A stretch of DNA of 62,937 nt, the filler included, from Craspedostauros australis (taxonomy: Eukaryota): assembly GCA_030167865.1 (NCBI GenBank). It is 17 parts of 17 records of this genome, joined end to end, with 100 filler letters (N's around TTAATTAATTAA, not from the genome) between each part and the next. Parts side by side here need not be neighbours in the genome. Positions count along the whole stretch, not along the records: positions 1 to 1,019 come from JALAGF010003219.1; positions 1,120 to 29,385 come from JALAGF010003221.1; 15 more parts are not named here. The stretch is one strand, 5' to 3'. Position numbers and translations under genes: made by a program. Position 1 is the first letter of the stretch, and the number at the start of each line of letters is the position of its first letter. Under the pieces are notes generated by a model that saw only the letters and a program-made list of their open reading frames with translations, was not told the origin of the DNA and did no database searches. Shown here piece after piece: positions 1-11,022 of the stretch.

Positions 1-1019
1 TCATCGAGCCGGATGATGTGGCCAGTGTTGTCTCGTTGCTTGACCTTCAAGCGAATGGATCCCATTTTGGGAGAGTCCAGCTTCATGCTATCTCCCACTT
101 GGACGAATGACTTGATGTGTCGCACGTTGAAGAGAGCGGCGTCTGAATTGACGATGTGACACGAAGCTCCACTGTCGGCGAGCCAGGTGTCCTTGTTGAC
201 CTTGTCCTTGTGCTTGGTGCTCAGCTTGTGGAGCTGCTCCACAGCTGCTGCAGCTGTATCGGTCATGAAGTTGTCTTCGTCTTCTTCGTCGACGTGGACT
301 CCATATTCGTTCCATGGATTCTCGTGATGTTCGTCGTCGGTCTCATCGGATAGCTGCGCGTAGTCCGATGGAGTCGTGTTGCTTCAGTGTGATCCTGTGA
401 CTGGATCGTATGGGTGGACGCGTGATCGCTCTCGCAAGAGTACACGCATACATCCTCCAAGGATGTAGTGCAGATCCGTTTCTGGGATCGTCTCTGTGTT
501 GTTCGCTTCCAGTATGCGGTTAATGATGATCGCATTGGCAAGGATCTCTTCGATTGATTCGAAGTGCTCGGATAGGATGGATCCCATCATGTTCACCCAT
601 ATCGGTCTGAGCACTCCTCGTGCGGTTCCTGAGAACAGTCGCATCCCCGCTTCCATTACGGCGTCAAAGATGAGCTGCTTTTGGATTATCAATGCTGTTG
701 CTGTTGCATTTGGGATGGTGCTGTGACGGAGGAGGTANTCGACGCTGTTGGGATCCTCAATAGGTGGGAAGTCGATGTTCCCTGGGTAGACGACACGCTC
801 GTTTGGGTTGAAGCTGTCGTCCGGATGATCTTCGGTTTCGTCGCTGTCATCTTCGTCGAAGATGCCCGATCTGTTGTTCCCCGCTGCTGGAGGAGGCGGC
901 GCTGCGCCGCGGTTTGCCTCGTCGTCTTCATCTATGCCGTCCTCGTCGGCGTCGTCGTCGTCATCGCTCATGGCCTCTTCGATGTCGCTATCGTTGGCCT
1001 CGTTGTCCATCTCAGCTTC
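1..1019 (-). mobile_element. Ty1/Copia polyprotein fragment: acidic/helical region, then aspartic protease; one in-frame TGA at 384-386
   Basis: Continuing the 384..1010 ORF past its TGA in the same frame gives ...KDTWLADSGASCHIVNSDAALFNVRHIKSFVQVGDSMKLDSPKMGSIRLKV. This contains the Copia protease motif WxxDSGASxH. The frame runs off both contig ends. Confidence 0.88.
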
Positions 1020-1119
1020 NNNNNNNNNNNNNNNNNNNNNNNNNNNNNNNNNNNNNNNNNNNNTTAATTAATTAANNNNNNNNNNNNNNNNNNNNNNNNN
1101 NNNNNNNNNNNNNNNNNNN
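1020..1119. other. Artificial contig-joining spacer (first of 16)
   Basis: N44-TTAATTAATTAA-N44, with stops in all six frames. The same 100-nt spacer recurs at 29386, 31187, 32715, 33897, 37656, 38969, 40275, 42817, 44836, 48483, 49749, 55251, 57080, 58252 and 59435. Confidence 0.98.
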
Positions 1120-2896
1120 CCCCACTGTATTCCAGATGATTTCTTTATGATGAACGCTTGATCACTCTCTCATGCCATCTGGGTGCCCTCTCATCCCACT
1201 CTATCATAGTGTTTTCCATGCGTATAGAGCCTATTTTCACAAAATTACATACATTTCGTTCATACAAAGTCCATAATTTCAACAAGCGCACATGGTAGTC
1301 ACTATGCGCAAAAAACAATGTTACAATTGAAGATATTTCGCTATCATTGTTTCTACCTTGTAAGTTTAACGCGATACTACATAAGCGCTAATCGGATGAG
1401 TATAGAGGCCTCATTGTCGGACTGGATCGTACCGTGTAATTTGCACTGTGTTGCTTGTTTGGTCATGAGTGCGATTCTCAAAGACATATTGTGTCAATTC
1501 GATAAAATGGATGTCACGCCAGTCGACTTTTCCAATGCAACCCCAAACTGCAAAAACCAGAGTCTCTCACAGGTTGTGCTCATGATTAAACAATTTCCCT
1601 CTCCGACAGGTCATTAATTTGGGACTAACTAAGGAAGAGCCTGCGGGTACTACGGATCGGTCATCGAAAATCCGAAGTACCATGGATGGGAGACACCATT
1701 TCATTTTCGAAGTTGATTTTGCGAAAAAACGATTCAGAATGAATTCTACAGAATTGAAACGTGAACTCACGAGACTAATGGCAAAGTAGTCTAATGAGTC
1801 GAATATCAAACTGTCTTATTTATCCACGACTAATCCAAGTACCGGACGGTACTGCCCAAACGTGATCCAGCGACAGTGAATGTTTGAGGTCGCGAAGTGT
1901 GTTTTGGTGATGTCTGTTCCTAGCGGGGCTCGCTTTCTGTGCGCATCTTCGATTGATGTTGTGCAATTGGGCTTCGAGGCCCACCCTTCACCTCGTAAAA
2001 CCACTCCATGACAGAGCTGGTGGGGGAGTGGTCCTCGGTCACCCTTCGCGTTTTGCCCGCGCTTGTTCCCAGGGCAAGGATGAATCCAGGGTACCTCCAG
2101 GATCGACGAGTGTTCTGGGTTCGGCCTGGGCCGTCTACTGTTGGCCAAGAGGACAGAACGCCGAAAATTGCATTCCGTTCGTGTTCTCCGACGTCCTAAT
2201 GTCGTATTCGTGTTCCGCAACGTTCTTATTCCCAAATTGGAAGACGCCCCGTGGTACCCCTTCATGAAGCAGGATCCTCTCTCACCGCAACAACACCCAA
2301 CGATCAATGAAGTATAGTAGTACGCTTTTCAGGTTTTCGGCTGGTTCACTTTTCTGTCTCGACGCTGTGTTTTGAGTCCCAGTATATTGAGTTACGAGTT
2401 CGCAACGTCAAAATCCGGCAATATGTAGGGTGTTCCAGTCACATTGGAAACCAAGATGATGATGTGAATGGAATACATAACAAACATGTCACAACAGAAT
2501 AGAAGTAGCACAATGACAGCCTCTCATAAGTACGTATGTACGATGACAATAGTATCATGAGTATGTCAAGTCTTGGGTACAGGCGATGACTACATGAATA
2601 GTTCCTGGGGCCAGAGTGTTTCTCTCGTCTGAGCACGATTCCGGTGAAGGGGCGTGGTGTATGTTGTATCTGTGTAGCAGAAGTCGCAGCCGTGAGGGTG
2701 CTTTGTCCTCCTCCGGTTGGAGACCTGAGCTGGTGTCGGTGGTTGCAGCATCACGGGCATCTCGCACACTCATGGCACATCGAACACGCAACACACTCGC
2801 GATATTCGCAGGAATCACTTCGTTGCCTTCGAAATCGACACAAAAGTCTCACAAAACAAATCAATCATCAGATTGGAAACGCCAGAAACCAGCAAT

Positions 2897-2947
2897 CAAC
2901 TAACAACTAACAACTAACAACTAACAACTGACAACTGACAACCAACA
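2897..2947 (+). repeat. 7-bp tandem repeat (CAACTAA/CAACTGA), about 7 units
   Basis: Read directly from the sequence. Confidence 0.9.
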
Positions 2948-3835
2948 GGGCATTGGAAGTAGACGACAAACCTCCCTGAGGCCGCAACGAAGAGAAACAA
3001 CTCAAAAGGTATGTGCACATCATGAAGAAAGGGGGATGGAAGCCTGGCTGATGCATGAAGAAGAATCGACAACTCACATGCACAGACGAGCACGCACAGA
3101 CGCACACCGACAAAACGGAGACTGCATTCATTTGCAAAACCGACGACAAGACGCACGCGAACCACGGATAGCGTCGCAGATGATGCGGCAGCACGCACCA
3201 ACGCGCAAGATGCAAGATACCTACGAGTATGAGCACCATACCTACTATATGGTCCAGTCAATCTTCGCGGCTCGTTATGCAGCAGTGCTGCGGCGCCTGT
3301 CGGTGGCGACTATCTCGTTCAGGATGCCTCATGTCATGCCAATGCCAGACGTGCACCACTCCACATCAAGGTGTTCAAATCCCGCACCTCCTCCAAGCCG
3401 AATTAACTCGTGCTGCTCTTTGCCATAACCATCTTTCCTTCTTTCCCCTTCCCTTCGCACACGCAACTAATGCCTCCTGTGTGTGCAATCTTGACGTGAT
3501 CGAATCTTCACGATGCTGTGTCGATTGATGGATATCGTTGATCTTCATTGATTGCCGTCGTTGTCTTTGCTCGCCACCACGTATTGCGTCATTTCACACC
3601 AACAATTCGGCACACACAAACGAACACATCACTGCAACGTTCACAATCGTTGCCGTTCTTTGTGGGACGAAACTCGCCGCCAAACTTATGCCTGATGCTT
3701 GCATTGCCAATCTCAACCCATACGTGATCTGTACCAACCCATTCTTGTGGCACGTACGCATACCTGTTCGCGTACAAATGCGCCCACCGTACAGAACCAA
3801 ACAGTGTCACGACGACGACGAAGACAACAGCAAAG

Positions 3836-6769
3836 ATGCTCTACACGAAGGCAGCCTTCGCGTCCTTTCTCGCTCTCGCCGAGACGGCAACGGTCCACGC
3901 CGTGCTCCGCGGCAACAGGACTCCCGTGGATCCAACCGAGAAACTCCACATGATGATGACGAAGACCCGCATCCTCAAGAACGCTGACAGCGACGTGAAA
4001 AACACCAAGGGCAACAAGAACAACCGAGTGCCACCCACTGAAAACCCGGCTGGTGCAGAAACAGCCGCGCCAACCGCATTGCCGACTGCCTCACCGACTG
4101 CCTCGCCGACCTCCCAGCCCACTCGCCTGCCAACATCCAAACCATCAGCTGCCCCAGCCGTCTTCGATTCTACCATCGAAGTTGTTTGCAAGCCGGATGG
4201 CACCACCACCCTCTCACTACAAGAGGCAAGCGCTAAGACCATCATTTGCGATGCGAACAAGCCATCCTGCCGCGAAGCCATCAGCGCCGTCAAACAATCC
4301 GAGCAGCTACAGAACTTCTTCGCATGCGCAGGAGATCTTGGCGAAGGAGCTGCACGCAAGCTCTTTACCAAGTACGCATCCAGCGACATCCTTTCTGGCC
4401 AATTGACCCTGGTCGCTGCGACCAACCCGCTCCTCGTCACCGAGCGAGCGGATGTCATGAACGCAGCATGCGCGGTCATCGCGGCGATGCAATCGCCTGC
4501 CGTCGCAGATCCATGCTGCCAAGGATCCTCGGGATGCACCTCAGTCACTGGTTCCGCCTCCAACTCCCCTCCATTCATGACCGTTGCGGTCACTGCATGC
4601 ACCGGCGACAGCGCCTGCAAGGATATGGGTCCCAATCCCCTCATCCTCGATTCCTCCTGCACTGGCGCGAGTGCATGTGAGTTGATGAATGAGAATGAGA
4701 TCAATCCCTTCATCACAGGAGTCGCCTTCGTTGGTGAGATGGCATGCACCACCCCTCAATCTTGTGAGGGAGTGGGACGCCGCTCTCATGGCGATGTTAC
4801 CATCCAGACCGGTGCATGCATTGGATCCGACGCGTGCAATGCAGCTGGTCGCCGTGTGAAGCAATCAGCACCATCATATCGCTTCCGCAGCCACATCGAC
4901 ATCGGGGCGAATGCGTGCGTTGGCGTCAACGCCTGCAAAGATGCCCATTCCACTGTCAACTATGGCACTGCTGGCAAATCGGCAGGCAGCCTGACCATTG
5001 GTGCTGGTGGCTGTGCCGCCGATGGGTCATGCGAGAAGATGGGGTTCAGTGAGAAGATGAGAACCGACCTCGTCGTCCCTCCTGGTGGATGTGGCAGTGT
5101 CAAAGGCTGCAGAGGATGTATGACGAAGACGGAGTGCGACTCCGACGAAGTTTACATCATCAGCGATGTTGATGGGGCCTGTCCAAAGGGAGGCAACGAC
5201 ACCAACAACAATCCCACTGGTGACAAGGTGGATGAGTATTGCATTGGCAAGGACACCTTGCCCACAGACTCTCCAACCTTTTCCCCCACCCCTTTCCCAA
5301 CACCTCTCACGCCAGCCCCTACATCAGCCCCCACTGCTCCAACTGCTTTGCCGACATCTGTGCCGACCAGCGCACCAACGAGCATGCCAACTTCGGCACC
5401 GACCAGCGCACCAACGAGCGCGCCAACTTCGGCACCGACCTCGGCCCCCACTGCTTCGCCGACATCTGCGCCGACTGGCGCACCAACTTCAGCACCGACG
5501 AGCGCTCCAACAAGCGCCCCGACTTCGGCTCCAACTTCAGCACCAACATCGGCTCCTACCTCGGCACCAACGAGCGCACCAACTTCGGCACCGACCTCGG
5601 CCCCCACTGCTTCGCCGGCATCTGCGCCGACTGGCGCACCAACTTCAGCACCGACGAGCGCTCCAACAAGCGCCCCGACTTCGGCTCCAACTTCAGCACC
5701 AACATCGGCTCCTACCTCGGCACCGACGAGCGCACCAACATCAGCTCCGACTTCGGCACCGACCAGCGCCCCAACTGCCCTGACATTCCTGTCTGCTCTC
5801 GGAACACCAGGCACAACCGCGGGAATGACCCTTCTCTCCATTATCCGAAACAAAGCTGATCTCCTTGGGATCTTCGAAAACCAGGTAAGCATTGCTGACG
5901 GCGTCGCTCTCTTCAATACCATCAGTGGAAAGACCGGTGTCCTCGATGTCTTCAGTGCGGCCGCCGCTGCTACCGGTGAGATGTTCACGGGAACCGATGT
6001 TGATGCCAGGGCTTGGTGTGGGATGGCAGGACGCACATGCTGCACCGGAACCAAAGCCTGCTCCTGGACCGGCATCGCGTCTATTGCATCCAACAGTTGC
6101 ATTGGGGGCAATGCCTGCAAAAGCATCGAGCCCCAGTCCATGATCTTCCAGGGATCCTGCCGCTCTGGCAGTTATTCATGCTCCAACTTCAACTTCAACT
6201 CTGGAAGTGACAAGGCCTCCATCATTGGGCCAGGGTCGTGCACTGGAAAAGCAGCATGCGAACGCTTTGCACGACATTCCAACGGCGACGCCATTATTGG
6301 CGCAGGATCATGCGCTGCGAGAAGTGCCTGCTATGGCATGGGTTCTGGGCCAGCAGACTACGCGACCGCCACACCCACCCAGGGCAACGGCGGTGTTGAC
6401 AACAAGCGTGTATCCAACACTATTGTGGGAGCCGGATCCTGTGTCAAACAACAATCGTGCGCGGACATCAACGCCTACTACTTCGATTTTTTCGATTTCT
6501 CCAGCGTCAACCAGTTTGAGGGAGACACAATTGTCGGTGATGGTACTTGCGTGCCGGCGAAATCCTGCATCCGCATGGGCTACGGCGAATACTTTACCGC
6601 CGACATCATTCTCTCCAGCAACGTGTGCAACCGTACCCCCGTCAGGAGCAACGCCAACTGTAACCGATGCCGAACCTATGTCAGTGAGCGCAACGCCTGC
6701 AATGATCCCACCGCTGTCTTGAGCATTGCCTCTGGCAGCTCTTGCCCAAGATGCACCAAAGCGGCCTGA
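3836..6769 (+). CDS. Secreted 977-aa protein: two Cys/Gly-rich repeat regions separated by a PTSA mucin-like stalk (putative cell-surface/adhesive glycoprotein)
   Basis: Long ORF with a signal peptide (MLYTKAAFASFLALAETATVHA-VLRG) and an RXL motif (TRIL). It has many [AS]CxGxxAC repeats and over 35 PT(S/A)(A/S) units. A paralog lies at 36685. Confidence 0.9.
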   Translation: MLYTKAAFASFLALAETATVHAVLRGNRTPVDPTEKLHMMMTKTRILKNADSDVKNTKGNKNNRVPPTENPAGAETAAPTALPTASPTASPTSQPTRLPTSKPSAAPAVFDSTIEVVCKPDGTTTLSLQEASAKTIICDANKPSCREAISAVKQSEQLQNFFACAGDLGEGAARKLFTKYASSDILSGQLTLVAATNPLLVTERADVMNAACAVIAAMQSPAVADPCCQGSSGCTSVTGSASNSPPFMTVAVTACTGDSACKDMGPNPLILDSSCTGASACELMNENEINPFITGVAFVGEMACTTPQSCEGVGRRSHGDVTIQTGACIGSDACNAAGRRVKQSAPSYRFRSHIDIGANACVGVNACKDAHSTVNYGTAGKSAGSLTIGAGGCAADGSCEKMGFSEKMRTDLVVPPGGCGSVKGCRGCMTKTECDSDEVYIISDVDGACPKGGNDTNNNPTGDKVDEYCIGKDTLPTDSPTFSPTPFPTPLTPAPTSAPTAPTALPTSVPTSAPTSMPTSAPTSAPTSAPTSAPTSAPTASPTSAPTGAPTSAPTSAPTSAPTSAPTSAPTSAPTSAPTSAPTSAPTSAPTASPASAPTGAPTSAPTSAPTSAPTSAPTSAPTSAPTSAPTSAPTSAPTSAPTSAPTALTFLSALGTPGTTAGMTLLSIIRNKADLLGIFENQVSIADGVALFNTISGKTGVLDVFSAAAAATGEMFTGTDVDARAWCGMAGRTCCTGTKACSWTGIASIASNSCIGGNACKSIEPQSMIFQGSCRSGSYSCSNFNFNSGSDKASIIGPGSCTGKAACERFARHSNGDAIIGAGSCAARSACYGMGSGPADYATATPTQGNGGVDNKRVSNTIVGAGSCVKQQSCADINAYYFDFFDFSSVNQFEGDTIVGDGTCVPAKSCIRMGYGEYFTADIILSSNVCNRTPVRSNANCNRCRTYVSERNACNDPTAVLSIASGSSCPRCTKAA
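5425..5736 (+). repeat. 156-bp direct duplication inside the PTSA-coding minisatellite
   Basis: 5425-5580 and 5581-5736 differ at only about 2 positions. Confidence 0.9.
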
Positions 6770-7765
6770 GGGAGCAGGGACACGCGGCAAAATGTCGAGT
6801 ATGACAAAAAACATTCACTAAATAGGAACGACAGTTTCAGTGACTGTTGATATTAAAACGGTCATTACGACTAAATTGATAATCTCATGCTGTCATGTGT
6901 CATTGGAGGGGTTCGAGTGGCTATTTTTTGGCATGGCCAGCGACTCCAGCCAATCAAATGGCTTAGACTTTATCACTGGCACGAGCAAGCCACCCCATTG
7001 AAGGGTGAATTCAGGGGAGTTTGGGTCATTTCTCCCGAGCCTTGTTGCCTGGGGTTCTCATTTGGAACCGTGTGACGCAAATGATCTGTTCCATGTCGGA
7101 TCGATTCTCGTCGTGAGCGCTGATAGAGGCGGTGGGATTGCGTGGGTGGTTTCGCACGAGGATTTGTGGAACTTCGTTAGGATTCGGGCGTAGTCAACGC
7201 GAATCGGTGGAGGATGCCTCGTGAATCTGCCGGCTTCGAGATAGCCGTGTAATGCAGTTCAAGAGAGGTGTACTGATTGAAGAGTTGTTACTGTAACGAG
7301 TAGTAGTAGATTGCTTTGTAGCTAATCCTTGTCTGTTTATTATGTGTTAGCTTATATTGTTGGTAGGGTGAAGAAACGATGCCACACAACTTGGTGAGAC
7401 CCTGCACTGATGTACTTGGTTCAGCGCTTGAGGGTAGACGACCATTACAGTTCCTTGCTCTCCACACACATAGACACACTGCAGCGTAGGTCATGACACC
7501 TGATAGTGACGGTCATGAAGCAGTGGATGTGGCTGGAGCTGGTCCTCGGATTCCATTGCTCGAGTTGAAGCAGGTTGGATACACACGTCAAGACTGCGGC
7601 AGTGGTGCAGTAGTCATCAGCATGAAGGGAATCGAGGTATGTTGTAGTAAAAGGATCTGAGGAGCATATAGTTCCCAAGGTGAGGTGTGAGTCAGGTTGG
7701 TTATGCTTGAGTCATGATGGACTCATGAATGGAGGAGAGAAAGGAGGAGAAAAGATTTGGTGGTC

Positions 7766-8557
7766 TGTTGAGATGTACATGTGAGTATATGTCAAGATGT
7801 GCGTGTATATGTGCATCGTTCATCCGTTATTCTCTCACACGCACTTGGACGGTACAACTACATTTGTGTCAATAGTATGATGTGATTCGTCAGAATTACA
7901 GGGGAAATGGAACACACGAAAATGAGCAAGATTTCTGGAGGAAATTTGCAATCGACGATTTCTGAGAGAATTAGAACATCGTCCGTCCATCCATCAATGG
8001 TACCAAGAGAATCTCGAGGTACTTCCCAACTAAACCTCAGATGACGATGTCATCTGACAGGCTGCTGCATCACCAATGGAACATGACATCTGGAGAGCAG
8101 AAGGATGCCTACTGACGTCGACAGGATGGCATCGTGTCACCATGTCAACATCTGTCTCCAAGTCAGAGCAGGAGGCGAAGATCCGATGACCCATGAAGAT
8201 CATGGATACAGGAGATGAACTTCAAATGGTAAGTACTCATGGAGTAGGAACCAGTACTGAATGAACAAAGTGTCGAATGCGGAGTACGCATTCAACACGG
8301 AGTATTGTGTAGCACGAACACACAATGCTGAGACAGAGAGAGAGAGAGAATATGAAGAGTAGCGAGAGAGGATCTCGCGTACCGACTCATAGTCGGAGAC
8401 CGAATCTACGAGACAAGTCAAACGTGCCAAGATCATCGGGCAAGAGAGAGGACACCAAGAGGATCAGAGTCTCAACATAATGAAATAGCAAACAGAATGA
8501 CTATCAACAACACCGTCTTCCACTATCATAGGCTTCCAACCATGGAACTTGCCAACA
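7766..8557 (+). mobile_element. Complete (792-bp) solo LTR of a Copia family, CpG-decayed
   Basis: TGTTG...CAACA termini. The 5' part matches 32046-32714. The 3' end (GGAACTTGCCAACA) matches 31591, 40729 and 39106, and the 39106 copy is followed by a Copia gag ORF. Confidence 0.9.
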
Positions 8558-9590
8558 AGAACCTCAGCCACCATGAGCTTGAGGCAAAGCCGCAGTGCAG
8601 CACTGACGGAGGCAGAAAAATTGCCTGTCCGCCAAGGCAGAAAGTCCCACTTCATGGGCATAGTTTTGATTCCAGAGGCATTGATGTCATGGAGAGTCTG
8701 CGAAGGCAAAGTGACAAGATAGCCATCATTGCCATTTTCATCTCTGTTACTGTTGTCATCTCCATTGCTCGTGCTGTCAATATTGAAGCCCACACTTCCA
8801 TTGTTATCATTGTCGGAGTTGGTGTTGGCATTGTTGTGGTTGTCATTGTTGTTGCTGGTGTTGTCATTGCCACTGTTGAGGCATGCATGAAGGCCAGTGG
8901 CAACACCAATCAAGGATTGGTTTGGCACAACTGAAATATGTCAAGGTGGACTCTGGGACACTTGATGGATGTCACCATTGGCAGGTGCTGTGGTTGGCTG
9001 TGGATTTGGGCCCTGTGTTGCATTGTAAATGCTGCATGCACCAGTGCTGACACCCTGCCCATTGTTTGCATTGATGATGATGATGCTGTCCATCACTGGA
9101 GTGGAAGTTGATTGAGTGTGCTGCTGTTGGTTTTGTGAATTGTTTGCATTGATGATGCTGTCCATCACTGGGGTGGAAGTTGATCGAGTGCGCTGCTGTT
9201 GGTTTTGTGAGAAACTGGAAAGAAGGCATGCTTCAATTGTGTTTTGCCAGAGCAGAAGAAGTAAGTGTCATTGCAATGTTGGCATGTTGAAGTGTGGGAT
9301 GGACAGATTGCATGTGCAAGTTGAACATGTGCTGATGTGGAGGAAGATGGGGAAGTGATGTGTGTGATGGGAAGACCAGTGGAGTGGCGATGGAGAAACG
9401 ACGAGGTTGTGAATGTTGTTGGCGAGTGTCAACAGGCAACAGTGAATGCAACCGAAATTGCGGAACAGGTGTGTGCGAGTGCCTGGAAAACATCAACCCA
9501 CGATGACAGCAAATGCAAAATCACAGCAACGGTGCGACACGACAAGGAGGGTGGCGCTCGACGCATGATGATTGTTTGTTCAATTCCCAC
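8558..9590 (-). pseudogene. CpG-depleted degenerate coding-like relic containing a 78/72-bp tandem duplication (9061-9210)
   Basis: Broken low-complexity ORFs and a strong TG/CA excess. The duplicated units differ by CG>TG changes (GATTGAGTGTG vs GATCGAGTGCG). Origin unknown. Confidence 0.4.
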
Positions 9591-9767
9591 AACTGCAGCG
9601 ATTATTATAAATTTAAGACATGAGTCATGTCATGAGTCGAGATGGCCAGCGCAAGAGGATTTGAAAAAAAACGGCTTTGCGTAAAGTGTATTTGAGAGAG
9701 TCCGTTGAGTCGCCGCTTGCGCCCGGACGCAAGCCATGTAGGCCAGCACCAGGCCAAAATCATTAGG

Positions 9768-9909
9768 GCTATTTACTTGTGCTCGATTTCGTGATGTGAT
9801 TTTGGCAAATTGCAGTCCACTATCAACACGAATGTAGTTGTACCGTCCGTACATGATTGTAAGAGAATAACGGATGAACGATGCACATACACACATGTAC
9901 ATCCTGACA
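9768..9909 (-). mobile_element. Diverged 5' fragment of a related LTR, inverted relative to the 7766 copy
   Basis: The reverse complement TGTCAGGATGTACATGTG...GCATCGTTCATCCGTTATTCTCT...GGACGGTACAACTACATTCGTG aligns with the LTR 5' end. Confidence 0.8.
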
Positions 9910-10293
9910 GTCATCATGTAAATATCTCTGGGTCACGAAGGGATAATCAGCTACGAATCAAGGGTCAAGATAATAGACGGGGACGTGGAAGAGAGCGTCC
10001 CTACTCGCAGTACGCTTTGGGTCTCCACCCTTCAACATTCATGGGAGATGTTCTGTGCCGCTGGTACAAAGGGGTGGAAAGTCGTATTTGTTGGACTATT
10101 GAAGGTACTATGGTGTTCTACAATCACTTCAGCATCAAGCGATTTGTACCCTGATTGCCTTGTGTGAAGGAGGAGGTCATCATCGCATGTGTACGCCGCC
10201 TGCTACAGCCAGTCTTGTTGCGTTGGGCATGACGCCGCGATGCATGCTGAGCTTTTTGGACCAATTCCTGCACTCCGCAACAGAGTTGCATGT

Positions 10294-11022
10294 TTAGCAA
10301 GTCCCACCGACGGCCTTGATGGAATAGAGATCGACCGAGAAATCTCCCATCAGGCCTTGCGCCCAAATCGCTATTCCCATGATCTCATCCAACGCATGCG
10401 CAGGTGGGCAAACCTGAGGGTCTTCGGAGCACTTCGTTGTGATCTCACCCGTCACAGTGGTCCAGCGGTTGCTGAAGTCGGTGAATGGAACAGTGACTGT
10501 GTATTTGTCGGTTCCGGGCGCGCTGATCTGAGCGTGATAATCCCCAGTAGGAATATAGAACGCGCCCCATTCGGCAGCATCGAAATCTCCTGCTTGATGC
10601 ACTTTGATATCGCCCTCTGCTGTTGAGACTAGCACATTTGCCAAGCCGATGTAGTATCTGTACCCCGCAATGAGTGGTTGCAGGGTGACCTCGAGGCCCA
10701 TGCAGCCAGCAAGTCTTGGAAATGTGTCTCTTGCGAAAACAAGTGCAAATGGATCTCCACGAATGGTCTCAAACTCGTGGGTCACCTCGTTGAAGGAGTG
10801 CTGGACCTCGTTGCTCGGGCCAAGGCCACCCTCAAACACGACTTTTCCACCTCTTTCTGTAAGAACCGTTTTGTGCTTGTCCTGTGTTGAATACTCCGAA
10901 GTATCCATTACGTCCCAGTTGTGGATAGGTCTACCGAAATCCTCTAGTACGACATCCGCGTTGGTGGCAACGGGCATGGCCGTGAGGACGGCAGCGACGG
11001 CTGAAGAAATGGAGACCTTCGT
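10294..11022 (-). CDS. Secreted CIA30-like (galactose-binding-fold) domain protein; expected initiator codon is ACG
   Basis: LEDF..P.HNW, FP.L.GC.GL, TVTVPFTDFSNRW...TGE....CSEDPQVCP, IAIWAQG..G.FSVDLYSIKAVG match my recollection of the algal CIA30-like family. A signal peptide (T/M)KVSISSAVAAVLTAMPVATNA begins at ACG 11022-11020. Confidence 0.75.
   Translation of the reverse strand, partial: TKVSISSAVAAVLTAMPVATNADVVLEDFGRPIHNWDVMDTSEYSTQDKHKTVLTERGGKVVFEGGLGPSNEVQHSFNEVTHEFETIRGDPFALVFARDTFPRLAGCMGLEVTLQPLIAGYRYYIGLANVLVSTAEGDIKVHQAGDFDAAEWGAFYIPTGDYHAQISAPGTDKYTVTVPFTDFSNRWTTVTGEITTKCSEDPQVCPPAHALDEIMGIAIWAQGLMGDFSVDLYSIKAVGGTC

Noticed and set aside
1064..1075. Regularly recurring TTAATTAATTAA palindrome
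   Set aside because: It is always centred in a 100-nt N spacer, so it is an assembly linker and not biology. ORFs ending in 'LIN' or 'XN' are artefacts of it.
2431..2768. Possible solo LTR (TGTT...CACA); similarly 7286-7765
   Set aside because: No TSD and no second copy to define the boundaries.
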